Below are positions 20,500 through 31,356 of a DNA stretch of 64,000 nt, in pieces. The notes beneath the pieces were generated by a model that did no database searches, was not told the DNA's origin, and saw only the letters and a list, made by a program, of their open reading frames with translations. The DNA comes from an uncultured Acidobacteriota bacterium (lineage in GTDB: Bacteria; Acidobacteriota; Blastocatellia; RBC074), in assembly GCA_963796275.1 (NCBI GenBank), contig CAWCKY010000001.1:1152001-1216000 (forward strand), read 5' to 3'. Each line of letters starts with the position of its first letter. Position 1 is the stretch's first letter. The position numbers and the translations under genes are program-made.

Positions 20500-20913
20500 A
20501 TGGACGTCGTCAGATATCTGATCATTCGGCTGGTATTATCGATTTTGAGCATCGGGCTCTTGTCTTCACAGATATGTAATGTAGTTTGTTTTCATTCGGA
20601 TCGCCCTGAGTCGACAAGGATAAAAAGCCCGAAGCAAAGTCAAAATACCGGTCATTGCCATGGTGATCATCAACAACCGAAAAAAGAGCAGCAGAATAGT
20701 TCACATGATTGTCCAAAACATTATGATCTCGTTTCTATTCAGCCTGATTCACAGATAACGTCCGATCTCTTACAACAGAATTTCATTCAGGGTTGGGAGA
20801 GCGCTCTAACCGCTTTTAGCGATTCACTGGCTTATCCAGCAACCAGAGCAAGGGATAGCGGTCTCTTCAGGCCACCTCCACATCGGCGCCTGCACTCGAT
20901 ACTACGTATTTAA
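20500..20913 (+). CDS. Exported Cys/His-rich protein with a C-terminal RPPP motif (CutF/DUF2946-like leader)
   Basis: Hydrophobic N-terminus, CNVVC (CxxxC), GHCHGDH, HDCPKH and C-terminal LFRPPPHRRLHSILRI. It is the first gene before the copper operon. Confidence 0.6.
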   Translation: MDVVRYLIIRLVLSILSIGLLSSQICNVVCFHSDRPESTRIKSPKQSQNTGHCHGDHQQPKKEQQNSSHDCPKHYDLVSIQPDSQITSDLLQQNFIQGWESALTAFSDSLAYPATRARDSGLFRPPPHRRLHSILRI

Positions 20914-21040
20914 TTTCCCCACCTTTGCAGCAAGGGAAAAAGGTCACAGAGAGTCCCAAATAGGCTGGACATCGTTTTCCAGGCGGATGGGACGTCTATG
21001 CTGCGGGTATTTTCTATTACAAAAGCAAGGGAATTATTTT

Positions 21041-22390
21041 ATGGACAAATACGGATCGTACGCATCGTGGCGTGCGGTGGCATATTTCATTTTCATATTA
21101 CTGCTCGCATTTTTTCTCGATCTGCCCGCAGCGAAATCAGCGATAGCTGCGACTCAGGCGCAAGCAGAGACTTTGATTCGGTTGGAGGACCTCGAGCAGA
21201 TGGCGTTGCAGGGAAATCCCACCCTCGCGCAGGCCGAGGCCGCCGTTCGGGCTGCTGAGGGACGGCGCGTTCAGGCAGGGCTCTTTCCCAATCCGATCAT
21301 GGGCTACTCGGGTGAGGAGCTTGCTCTACGCGCGATCGGCCAGAAAAGCGAACATCTCCTTTTCTTCGAGCAGTCTATTCCGCTTGGCGGTAAGCTTAAG
21401 AAGAGCCGCAATATTATCGTGCAGGAGAAGGCCCAGGCTGAGCATGATATGGCGGCACAGAGACAGCGAATCTTGAATGCCGTCCGGGTTCTTTATTATG
21501 AAGCGCTGGGAGCGCAACAGCTCGTTGAAGTTCGCGAACTGCTCGCACGACTCGCGGGGGAAGCCGTCGGCGTTACCGGCGAGCTGTTCAATGTCGGCCA
21601 GGCAGATCGCCCCGATCTGTTCCAGATCGAGATCGAGGCCCAAAGAGCGCAACTCGATCTTATTGTGGCTGAAAACGACCGCGATCAGGTTTGGCAGCAA
21701 CTGGCCGCCGTTGTCGGCAATCCCTTTCTCAAACGGTCTCGTTTGATGGGCGATCTCGAACGCGATTTGCCGGTGATAGACCAGGAAGCGATATTGGCCA
21801 AGCTTCTCAAGGACAGCCCGGAGATATTGCGAGCGCGCGCCGGCGCCGAACGCGCGAAGGCCGCGGTTACGCGCGCGAAAGCCGAGCCAGCTCCGGATTT
21901 GTTTGTGCGAATGGCTTTGGGCTACAACCTGGAACAGCTGGATAGCACAATCGTCTTGAATGGCCGGAGGACAGGACCTGAGGGGCAATTGGAGGTCGGC
22001 ATGCGGGTACCGATCTTCAATCGTAATCAGGGAGCGATAGCTGCGGCCGGCGCGGAGGTCGATGCGGCTGAGCGCGAAGTACTCCGTGTGGAGCTGATGC
22101 TGCGTGCCCGTTTTGCATCTGCGCTGCGGTCATATCAGAACGCTCTGCGCGTGACCGCCCAATATGAAAAGCAGATCATCCCGCGTGCGCAGCAGGCTTA
22201 TGATATGTATCTCGGCAGTTTCAAACAGATGGCTGCTGCCTACCCGCAGGTATTGATCGCGCAACGTACGCTCTTTCAAGTGCGCGCCGATTACATTAAG
22301 GCATTGGTCGACGCCTGGCAGAATGCAACCCAGATGCAGGGTTATCTTTTGATGGGAGGTCTCGCTGCGCCTGGCGATGCGGGGGAATGA
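21041..22390 (+). CDS. TolC family outer-membrane efflux protein (CzcC/CusC-like)
   Basis: ALQGNPTL, AGLFPNP, PIFNRNQG and two helical repeats. Likely start is ATG 21041; the ORF is open from 20987. Confidence 0.9.
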   Translation: MDKYGSYASWRAVAYFIFILLLAFFLDLPAAKSAIAATQAQAETLIRLEDLEQMALQGNPTLAQAEAAVRAAEGRRVQAGLFPNPIMGYSGEELALRAIGQKSEHLLFFEQSIPLGGKLKKSRNIIVQEKAQAEHDMAAQRQRILNAVRVLYYEALGAQQLVEVRELLARLAGEAVGVTGELFNVGQADRPDLFQIEIEAQRAQLDLIVAENDRDQVWQQLAAVVGNPFLKRSRLMGDLERDLPVIDQEAILAKLLKDSPEILRARAGAERAKAAVTRAKAEPAPDLFVRMALGYNLEQLDSTIVLNGRRTGPEGQLEVGMRVPIFNRNQGAIAAAGAEVDAAEREVLRVELMLRARFASALRSYQNALRVTAQYEKQIIPRAQQAYDMYLGSFKQMAAAYPQVLIAQRTLFQVRADYIKALVDAWQNATQMQGYLLMGGLAAPGDAGE

Positions 22391-22393
22391 TGA

Positions 22394-22460
22394 AAGTTTT
22401 CAGTTTTGTAGCCTGATGGGGCCACCGAAAACTAAAGCTGAAAGCTGAAAACTGAAAACT
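22394..22460. repeat. Short heptamer (AARCTGA) tandem repeats with an inverted copy
   Basis: AAAACTA-AAGCTGA-AAGCTGA-AAACTGA-AAACT at about 22428-22460, complementary to AGTTTTCAGTTTT at about 22395-22407. Confidence 0.5.
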
Positions 22461-22480
22461 ATTTTTCGGAGGAGAACGAA

Positions 22481-24004
22481 ATGAATTGGATGAGAAGGAA
22501 ATTTTTGCAAGGCTCTTCGGTGTTCGGCGCGGGGTGGTTGTTCGACCGCGCGGCCCTCGCCAAGCATCAGGGCGACCATCGCCACCACGGCCAGCCATCC
22601 AAACGGTCAAACGCAGCGAACGAGCTCGTTCCGGTGCAGACTCCTGATGTTCCTAAATTGCCCTATACGATGGAGAAAGGCGTCAAAGTCTTTCATCTGT
22701 CCGCGGAGGTCGTCGAATGCGAGTTCCTGCCGACGTCGCAGATAGGGCCGGCGCGCAAGGTTTTCGCGTGGGGCTACAGTGGAAGTGTTCCCGGGCCGGC
22801 GATTGAAGTAGTAGAGGGCGATCGCGTGCGAATCATCCTGCACAACAAACTCCCGGAATCGACAACGATCCACTGGCACGGGCTCGAAGTTCCGGTAGAG
22901 ATGGATGGAACCCCATACATCAGCCAGCCGATGATTGAACCGGGCGGCTCGTTCACCTATGAGTTCAACGTCAATCAACACGGGACCTTCTTTTATCACT
23001 CGCACGGCGCGATGCAGGAGATGATGGGTATGATCGGGCTCTTCATCATCCATCCCAAAAAGCCGCAGTCGCCCCGCGTTGATAAAGACTTCGGACTGAT
23101 ACTGCAGGAGTGGGCGATCCTGCCGAACAACCCGATCCCGAATACCATGGCGATGGAGTTCAACTGGCTGACGATCAACGGAAAAGCCGCACCCGCAACC
23201 ACGCCGCTGATCGTCAAGCTGGGTGAGCGCGTTCGACTTCGCCTGGTCAATCTCGGGATGGACCATCATCCGATGCACCTCCACGGCCATCAGTTCTATG
23301 TCACAGGGACTGAAGGCGGTCGTATACCCGAATCGGCTTGGTATCCCGGCAATACCGTCCTCGTCGGCGTGGCTCAGGCTCGCGATATCGAGTTCGAAGC
23401 GAAATATGTCGGCGACTGGATGGTACATTGCCATTTGCCTCACCATATGATGAACCAGATGGCTTCGATGGTCGGACCGATGGGGCACGCCGGTCATGGA
23501 ACGCAGACCGGTCTTGGTATGGAAGAGGGAATGGGGATATTGAGACAGGGCAATGCGTTGAGCGATGACTTCGGTCCCGGGTTCGGGCGTGGGATGGGGA
23601 TGGCATCGCAGGAGACAGCTACCTCAAATCTGGTAAACCAACAGAGTTCCGAGGGAACCGCGGGAGCTCAGGGGCAGCGGGTTTACTCCTGCCCAATGCA
23701 CCCCGAAGTGCGTTCCGAAAAGCCCGCCAGATGTCCGAAATGTGGAATGTCGCTGGTCATAAGACGGCTCGGCAGTGAAGAGAAGAAGCGCGTTCCGGGC
23801 TATCCTCAGGATATGATGATGATTATGGATGAGGCGGTAGCCAAGCCTGAGACCTGGGGGCTCGCGCCGGGTTGGACGGCTTCATTGATGGGAATGATGA
23901 CGCTCGTGCGAGTGCTGCCGGAAGACAAGTACAACGAAATAATGAAACGTATCAAAGAGGGAATAGTGGAAAAACCGCAGGCGAAACCTGCACATAAACA
24001 TTGA
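22481..24004 (+). CDS. Tat-exported multicopper oxidase (two cupredoxin domains) with Met-rich and CPMHP heavy-metal-binding extensions
   Basis: RRKFL Tat motif, IHWHG, FYHSH, HPMHLHG and HCHLPHHM, plus YSCPMHPE...CPKCGM. Confidence 0.92.
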   Translation: MNWMRRKFLQGSSVFGAGWLFDRAALAKHQGDHRHHGQPSKRSNAANELVPVQTPDVPKLPYTMEKGVKVFHLSAEVVECEFLPTSQIGPARKVFAWGYSGSVPGPAIEVVEGDRVRIILHNKLPESTTIHWHGLEVPVEMDGTPYISQPMIEPGGSFTYEFNVNQHGTFFYHSHGAMQEMMGMIGLFIIHPKKPQSPRVDKDFGLILQEWAILPNNPIPNTMAMEFNWLTINGKAAPATTPLIVKLGERVRLRLVNLGMDHHPMHLHGHQFYVTGTEGGRIPESAWYPGNTVLVGVAQARDIEFEAKYVGDWMVHCHLPHHMMNQMASMVGPMGHAGHGTQTGLGMEEGMGILRQGNALSDDFGPGFGRGMGMASQETATSNLVNQQSSEGTAGAQGQRVYSCPMHPEVRSEKPARCPKCGMSLVIRRLGSEEKKRVPGYPQDMMMIMDEAVAKPETWGLAPGWTASLMGMMTLVRVLPEDKYNEIMKRIKEGIVEKPQAKPAHKH

Positions 24005-24028
24005 GAGTAGTTCGGAGAGATAGAGATA

Positions 24029-26395
24029 ATGAAGACTCACATTGATCCCATTTGCGGGATGACAGTAGATCCGGCAACTGCCGCCGGTAAATTCGATTTC
24101 GAGGGCAGGGAATATTACTTCTGCTGCACGAACTGCTTGCGCAAATTCAGCGCAGACCCGCGCTCTTATCTCAACAGACCGCAGGCCGGCGTGCAGATGT
24201 CCCCGCATCACTCAATGCAAACGCCTGTTCTGATCAGTCCTCGATCGCTCGCAATGCCCCATTCACCCGAGTCGCAACCGGGCCGGAAATATACCTGTCC
24301 GATGCATCCAGAGATAATGCGCGATGGGCCGGGAAGTTGCCCCATTTGTGGAATGGCGCTGGAACCGCTCACCGCCAGTCTCGATGACGAAGAAAATCCG
24401 GAGCAGATAGAAATGACGAGGCGCTTCTGGATCAGCCTTGTTCTGACGCTGCCCGTATTTTTCTTGGCGATGTCGGAAATGATTCCGGGGCAGCCGTTGC
24501 AGCATGCTCTCTCGCCGGAAGCGGTCAACTGGATCCAGTTCATACTCGCCACTCCGGTAGTGTTATGGGGCGGGTGGCCATTCTTCGAGCGGGGCTGGGC
24601 ATCGATCGTTAACGGCAGCCCCAATATGTTTACGCTTATTGCAATCGGAACGGGCGCCGCCTATTTCTACAGCGTCGTTGCAATCATTATCCCGGACCTG
24701 TTCCCGCAAGGGTTCCGCGGGCACGATGGCGAAATCTCCGTTTATTTCGAAGCCGCGGCAGTTATCACTACCCTGGTATTGCTCGGTCAGGTCTTGGAGT
24801 TGCGTGCCCGCAGCCAGACGAGCAGCGCATTGAAAAAACTGCTCGGGCTGGCTCCCAAGACTGCGCGTATCATACGACTAACGGGAGCCGAGGAGGATAT
24901 TCCGCTCGATCAGGTTCATCCCGACGACCAACTGCGCGTCCGGCCAGGCGAGAAGATTCCGGCCGACGGCGAGGTCGTCGACGGAGTCAGCAGCATCGAT
25001 GAATCGATGGTCACCGGCGAACCGATTCCGGTCGAGAAACGCTCCGGAAGCAAAGTTACCGGCGGCACGGTCAACGGAACGGGGAGTTTTGTTATGCGCG
25101 CGGAGCGCGTCGGAAGCGATACCTTGCTCGCACAGATCGTGCGTATGGTCGCAGAAGCTCAGCGCAGCCGCGCCTCCATTCAACGCCTGGCCGACGTCGT
25201 GTCGGGATATTTTGTCCCGGGCGTCGTGGCCGTTGCGGCGATTACCTTCGTCGTGTGGGCATTGGTGGGGCCGGAACCGCGATTGGCTTACGCGCTGGTC
25301 AACTCAGTCGCTGTTCTGATAATCGCCTGCCCCTGCGCGCTCGGGCTCGCCACACCGATGAGCATCATGGTCGGTACGGGACGTGGCGCGACCGCGGGGG
25401 TGCTCATCAAGAATGCGGAGGCTTTGGAGACGCTGGAAAAGGCCGATGTACTGGTGGTGGACAAGACCGGAACGCTCACTGAAGGGAGACCGCGGCTCGC
25501 TTCAATCGACGCCCAATCGGGATGGAGCGAAGAAGAGCTTCTAAATCTCGCCGCCAACCTCGAATGGGGCAGCGAACATCCGCTGGCAGGCGCGATAGTC
25601 GCTGCGGCGCAGGAAAGAGGATTTGTGCGGTCAGAGGCGAAAGGTTTTCAATCGTTCACCGGGAAAGGAGTTACGGGAAAGGTGAATGGCAAGGTCGTTT
25701 CAATCGGTAACAGGCGGTTGATGGATGACCTCTCGGTCCGTATAGATTCTGATGTATTGGTGGATAAACTGCGGCGGGATGGGCAGACGGTTATCTTCTT
25801 CTCCGTCGATGGCAGATTCGCAGGTCTGGTCGGTATAGCCGATCCGATCAAGGAGACAGCCAGGGAGGCGATCGCGGCTCTTCACGAAGAAGGGCTGCGG
25901 ATAGTGATGTTGACGGGCGACAACCGCACGACCGCAGATACAGTGGCTAGGCAACTCGGTATCGACGAAATAATCGCCGAAGTTTTACCGCAGCAAAAAA
26001 GCGATGTCATCAAGCGATTGCAAAGCGAAGGGAAAATTGTGGCGATGGCCGGCGACGGTATCAACGATGCTCCAGCGTTGGCGCAAGCCCACGTCGGGAT
26101 CGCGATGGGCACAGGTACTGATGTGGCGATGGAGAGCGCGGGTTTGACCCTCGTCAAGGGCGATCTGCGGGGCATTGCGCGTGCGCGGCGTCTCAGTCGC
26201 GGCACAATGCGAAATATAAGACAGAACCTGTTCCTGGCATTTATCTACAATATTATCGGGATACCGGTTGCCGCAGGTTTGCTATATCCGGTGACAGGAT
26301 TGCTACTCAGTCCGATGATCGCCAGCGCTGCGATGACCTTCAGCTCGGTATCTGTCATCGCCAATGCGCTGAGACTGAAGAATCTGGAACTATGA
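24029..26395 (+). CDS. copA: Cu(I)/Ag(I)-translocating P1B-type ATPase with YHS and CPMHP N-terminal domains
   Basis: DPICGM...YYFCC (YHS), [37 protein letters not shown] and MTFSS. Confidence 0.93.
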   Translation: MKTHIDPICGMTVDPATAAGKFDFEGREYYFCCTNCLRKFSADPRSYLNRPQAGVQMSPHHSMQTPVLISPRSLAMPHSPESQPGRKYTCPMHPEIMRDGPGSCPICGMALEPLTASLDDEENPEQIEMTRRFWISLVLTLPVFFLAMSEMIPGQPLQHALSPEAVNWIQFILATPVVLWGGWPFFERGWASIVNGSPNMFTLIAIGTGAAYFYSVVAIIIPDLFPQGFRGHDGEISVYFEAAAVITTLVLLGQVLELRARSQTSSALKKLLGLAPKTARIIRLTGAEEDIPLDQVHPDDQLRVRPGEKIPADGEVVDGVSSIDESMVTGEPIPVEKRSGSKVTGGTVNGTGSFVMRAERVGSDTLLAQIVRMVAEAQRSRASIQRLADVVSGYFVPGVVAVAAITFVVWALVGPEPRLAYALVNSVAVLIIACPCALGLATPMSIMVGTGRGATAGVLIKNAEALETLEKADVLVVDKTGTLTEGRPRLASIDAQSGWSEEELLNLAANLEWGSEHPLAGAIVAAAQERGFVRSEAKGFQSFTGKGVTGKVNGKVVSIGNRRLMDDLSVRIDSDVLVDKLRRDGQTVIFFSVDGRFAGLVGIADPIKETAREAIAALHEEGLRIVMLTGDNRTTADTVARQLGIDEIIAEVLPQQKSDVIKRLQSEGKIVAMAGDGINDAPALAQAHVGIAMGTGTDVAMESAGLTLVKGDLRGIARARRLSRGTMRNIRQNLFLAFIYNIIGIPVAAGLLYPVTGLLLSPMIASAAMTFSSVSVIANALRLKNLEL

Positions 26396-26480
26396 AGATG
26401 GGAGTACAGGGAATAGGAGATTTAAAAATATATGATGTATGCAGGTGGCTCCGTTCTCCTCGTTCCAGTCGCTCTCTCTA

Positions 26481-29088
26481 CTAAGGTGATGTGGCGGATA
26501 GCGCACAGCGGAAACCGTAGTAAAGGTTTGGCTCGGCGATCAGGTTAGATTCGTACGCCAGGCGGTAAGTCGCCGTGGCATATTCGGGCCGATTGACAAA
26601 GGACCCTCCGCGAAGCACCTTGCATCGGGTACATCCGGCAATCCGATAGGTGCTGCCCGGATACGGGGTGAAATCACTAGCGGTCCACTCCCAGGCATTA
26701 CCTGCCAGATCGAAGACGCCGAACGGACTTACGCCTTTCGGATAATTTTCAGCTTTGGTGAACTGCGCTGTTTCTCGCGCGATATTGGCCTTGTCTGGGC
26801 TGAACTTGTTGCCCCAGGGGTAAATCCGCTTATCAAATCCCCGAGCGGCAAATTCCCATTCTGCTTCCGTCGGTAAGCGTTTCCCCGCCCATTTCGCATA
26901 TTTCTGAGCGTCTTCCCACGAGACGCCAGTTACGGGCCATTCACCGGTTCCATTGGGGAACGTTCCATTCTTCCATACGCTGGGTGCACGATATCCGGTT
27001 GCTTTTACGAATTTTTGGTATTCTTCTCGTGTAACTTCATGTTTATCCATGAAAAATGGTGCGATATTTACTTGGTGGGCGGGGCTGTATGCATTTTCTT
27101 GACTAGCCTTACCGCGGCCCATCGTAAAAGCTCCGCCGGGAATGAAGACCATGTTTTCAGGGATGATTATCCCCGGGATCAACGGTTGAAGCGGTTGATC
27201 TAGCGGGATCGTTATCGTCTGTGTGATATCGCTATAGCCGGGTTTTGATACTTTTATCGTGTGCGCGCCGCTCTCCAATCCCTGGATGGTAATCTTCCCT
27301 TGATCATCGGTAATGTATTCGGACGTGTTGTCGAGTAATACCTTGCAATTCGGCAAGAGAGTTACGATCTCAATAGATTCTTTCTGCGATCGATTGTTAA
27401 ACAACAGCCAGGTCAGGAATGCATATGCCGCAAGGATAAACAACCCAACACCGACTAACAACACGAGCTTATGAGCGCGTTGTCTGAGAGGAATTGGGTT
27501 GGGGTCCTGGAGCGGCGGTAATTTTACGATTGAAGGAGACTTTACCGTACCGGGAAATTGCTCCGGCAGATTTTCGTCGAGAATGGGATGTGAGTCGATT
27601 TGAACTCTTCTCGGGCCATCGATTTTCCCATTGACAGCATCTATCTTGATCTCATTCACCGCCGCAACGTTTAGGTTGACCGGCGCATCTGCTCTCGAAC
27701 TCAGAACATGTATTTCCGCTTTTTGGTGCTCGCCCTTCAGCTCATCCTCGGGAAGAGACGCAACCGGATGGAGCGATACGAACTCTATGACTTCGTTCTG
27801 GAAATCGTGTACGGTCTCGACATCCTGCTTGTCGGAAAGTGCGGGTGGAAACATATCCACATCAGTCGCGATGGTTTCAGTGGAAGGCGATTCAAAGGCG
27901 GACGTATTTCCGACTTCTAGACCGTCGATTTCAACCTTGTCGCCCGTCAACTCCTGGGATACTGGCAGGGCGGGCGCATGCTCACGCTCCAGCTCCACCA
28001 CCAGAGCCAGCTTTTCGTGGGAATCCAGGGTTACTGATCTGTGCCAGTTGATATAGTTAGGGGCTTCAACTTCTATCAGGTATTTCCGAGGTATCAGATT
28101 ATCTTGACGCCAGGATCCGTCATGCGCCTGTCCTGCCAGTCTTCCGTTGAGATAAATCATAGTCGAAGAGATATCCTCTCCGCTGTCAAGGTCTATACAC
28201 CTCAATTCGAGGGCGCCGGGGGCGAAATTAACCGCCTTCTGGAATGCGCGCGCGAGAAGAATCGCGGATTGATAGCGGTCCTGCGGATTTTTAGCCATCG
28301 CTCTCAACACGACATCTTCGACCGCCTGGGGGATTTCGGGTCGATGCTCGCGCAATGGTCGGGGCGCATGAGAGCGATGCATATCGATCACCTGCGCCTC
28401 GGTCTCGCCTTCGAAGGGAACTCTCCCCGTCAGCATCTCGTAGAGCGTTACTCCCAGGCTGTAAATGTCGGTGCTCCTGTCGATTCGCCCGTTAGCCATT
28501 GTTTGCTCGGGCGATACGTAGTAGGAGCTTCCGAAAATACGCGTGTTGGTTCGCGATGAGGCGCTGAGAATTTTTGCGATGCCGAAGTCGAGGATGCGGA
28601 GCGACTCTTCGCCATTCTCCTCAGTCACGAGCATGATGTTGCCCGGTTTCAGGTCGCGGTGGACGACATTCTTATTGTGAGCGTAGGCGACCGCGTCGCA
28701 AATCAGCTCCAGCAGCGCATTCACTCGTTCGAGCGGGACCATGCCCATCTCTTTCAGCTCGGTCTCGAGCGTGCGGCCGTAGAGCAAATCCATGACCCAT
28801 GAAGGCCAGGCCGTCTTCGGTGATGTCGGCATCATTTACTTTGATGATCGAAGGATGATTGAGTGCGACCGTCTTTGTCGCTTCAGCAAAGAAATAACTC
28901 AAACTCTCCTGATCACCCATCCATAAATCGGGCCTCAGGACCTTAACGGCCACGACGGCTTTCGTGATCTCATGCTGCGCGCGATAGACTGCGCCCATCC
29001 CGCCGATGCCGACCAGTCCCTGAATTTGATATCTTTTGAGATTCGTCCCGACCAGTTTGTAAGGATCGCGTATCGACTGATTTTCCAT
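26481..29088 (-). CDS. Hanks-type Ser/Thr kinase with PEGA-like repeats, a TM helix and a C-terminal FGE-sulfatase (SUMF1) domain; split by a 1-nt insertion at 28796-28798
   Basis: ORF 28672-29088 has GIGGMGAVY and VAVKVL. ORF 26481-28835 has HRDLKPGN, DFG, YVSPE, RLPTEAEWE, DLAGNAWEW and GFRCA. Removing one G from ATGGGTC restores FMVMDLLYGRTL. Confidence 0.88.
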
Positions 29089-29360
29089 TGTCTACTGCCG
29101 TGATCTCATGAGTTGGTGCTGTGGGCGATTAGAGTTCAAATGATCTGGGATTTCTCTCGGAGCGCCCCTATTATGGAAAAGCTCAGGGTGAATTCGCAAG
29201 TCTGATACTACAACAAGACACTTCTTGCTTATCTTTTTGTAATAGAATCGAAAAAATGCTGAATGGTCGATTTAAAGATGTATAATATTAAAGCAGGGTG
29301 CCAATGGGCCATATGCATATTAACAATGCATTCATTATAGGCCGGGGAGAGGTGATCTAT

Positions 29361-29855
29361 TCAGAATCCGAGTGGCGCACCTATGGGAGATGGGGTGAAA
29401 TCTTCATTTTGTTCTACTTGTTCGTCCTGCCGTCCGATTGGCTCCCGGGATTGCCACCTGATGTATTGGGATGAGACCTCTCTCAACCGCTGATCGACCT
29501 CCAGTGATAGATGAACTTTGATGGTTCCGTCTGAACTGACTTTCAATTCGGCGGGATCATCTTCATCGCTTCTCATAGATTTGTTCCTGGCGACGGCATA
29601 TTTCACGTCGGGGGCATATCGTTCAAGCCACCGACTGACTTCGGGATGGGGAAGATCGAGGCCGTATTGTTGCCACAAAAGAGCCATCAATACAGTATTG
29701 GTCGGCACAGTCTTGCCCTCAGACCCGCCAGGCATTTCGAGCATGACCGGAAGTTCGCCTGCAATTGTGGGAACATCGCACCGGTCCCCGAACAGAGTGT
29801 GGTTGAACGTCTTGGCGGTGATTTTCCAATTGTTACCAGCAAGCAGCATTCTCAT
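29361..29855 (-). CDS. Hypothetical protein
   Basis: 164-aa ATG ORF with natural composition and a weak RBS. No family recognised. Confidence 0.55.
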   Translation of the reverse strand: MRMLLAGNNWKITAKTFNHTLFGDRCDVPTIAGELPVMLEMPGGSEGKTVPTNTVLMALLWQQYGLDLPHPEVSRWLERYAPDVKYAVARNKSMRSDEDDPAELKVSSDGTIKVHLSLEVDQRLREVSSQYIRWQSREPIGRQDEQVEQNEDFTPSPIGAPLGF

Positions 29856-30623
29856 AACTCAACCTTGTTATTAGACTAACTAGTTGTTAACAGGTAATTG
29901 TTTGAAAACTAACGTTCAGGCTGGGGGATAGTATTACTATGACCGCAGAAATGTAGCTACAGCTAGAGGTACCCGAGAGTATGGGTATATTGTTATTACT
30001 ATTAGCACCAAAAGCCCAGGTGCTGACATAAATCACCTACCCTGGGCTTTACCCAGACATATGACACGGGATTGAGACTACAAGATATCGTTTATGCTAG
30101 GACACCAATGTTACTGTGCTTTACTAACATCTTGCCAGTTGACACACCTTCTACCGCCCACATGATATCGGGTGTGACAACTTGGCAAGATGAGTGGTCT
30201 TGACGACTCAGCGCAATTGCGGTTGCGCCAAGCAATCAAGAATTTCTGGGGGTCAGGGTGAACTAACCGAAATTTAAACGCTTTGAGCGCTTATTCACTC
30301 CCTCGCACTCCTTAAATACAAATTCTGTGATGTATGTAATAACACTGGACTAAATCTATCTATCGATGAGATAGAATAGCCAATATCGAAAGTGATTAAT
30401 CACTGCGGGGGCACTTCGGGGCACGCTAAAATTACATAGCCATTTCTTAATCAAATCCGTCTTTCACTGTAAGGTGCGGGGGATGAGAGAATGTGTCGCG
30501 AGATTTTTTTGGATATAGAATCGTGATGCCTATCGAGTCAGAATTATGAGTTGCTGGCTGGGATACTGAAATACCAGTATCTGAGGTTCGTAGAAGCGTA
30601 AAGATTCGTCCGGTCATTATTTC

Positions 30624-30659
30624 GCAAGGAGGAGGGGAGTTTATCCTCCCCCGCCTTGC
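30624..30659. terminator. GC-rich hairpin downstream of the small secreted-protein gene
   Basis: GCAAGGAGGAGGGGA-gttta-TCCTCCCCCGCCTTGC, an imperfect stem. Confidence 0.35.
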
Positions 30660-30759
30660 AGTATAGGTCAAGCACCGCTACGTTGGTTTCAAATGCGATC
30701 GAATAGATCGGGATATATGATTTTCGTGAAAAGATCGAAAGAGATGCTCTGCTTAACCG

Positions 30760-31038
30760 TTAATTTGGACAGTTGGAGGAAGCGGTTATAAGACCAATAA
30801 CTTGTGTTGTCCCGCAGAACACCCCAGTTTTCAGTCCAGCGAGAACGGCCGGAAGTAAGATATTAGGGGTGCAGGCATTGCCACTCGCATCGACTCTCCC
30901 GGAAATATTGGCATACACAATCCCCAATACCTTGGCCCTGATCGAGCAAGGAGAGCCTGGCGTGGCTGCAATGGCATTGATCGCTAAAAGTGACATTACT
31001 AACGCTACTTTGATAAAAAGTTTCTTCTTTCTGTTCAT
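30760..31038 (-). CDS. Small secreted four-cysteine protein
   Basis: Basic N-terminus (MNRKKK), hydrophobic core, AIA cleavage site and a mature part of about 68 aa with 4 Cys. Confidence 0.7.
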   Translation of the reverse strand: MNRKKKLFIKVALVMSLLAINAIAATPGSPCSIRAKVLGIVYANISGRVDASGNACTPNILLPAVLAGLKTGVFCGTTQVIGLITASSNCPN

Positions 31039-31356
31039 TTCTAGCCTTTCTCTGTACCTGGTTTCGGTTTTGATGATCTTCCTAAACTGGATTGATCAAG
31101 AAATAAGAACGCAAATATGCAGAAACAGAAGAAGTAATAAATTTCGCCTCTTTTTGCAGATTTTACGATTTATTTCTATATGTCAATAAAGGTTAGGGCA
31201 CGTAGAGTGTGATCATCCGATTTGCGGCTTATATTTACCATATGTACCTTGCGATTACAATGATAAAGTAATTAAACAGAAATAGTTTTGCACCCATAGA
31301 GCCGCTCGGCCATTAACCCTCTAGCCAAACACTCGGCCACAAGTCTAGCTAGCCAT

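Noticed and set aside
22607-23497. 296-aa minus-strand ORF
   Set aside because: Antisense shadow of the multicopper oxidase.
20987-26395. Copper operon as the NRPS export or metallophore system
   Set aside because: It is separated from the NRPS by unrelated genes, lies on the opposite strand and is a self-contained Cu-resistance unit. The predicted peptide has no clear chelating groups.
30447-30671. 74-aa TTG-start ORF as a RiPP precursor
   Set aside because: No RBS, leader motif or nearby modification enzymes, and it overlaps a likely terminator hairpin.
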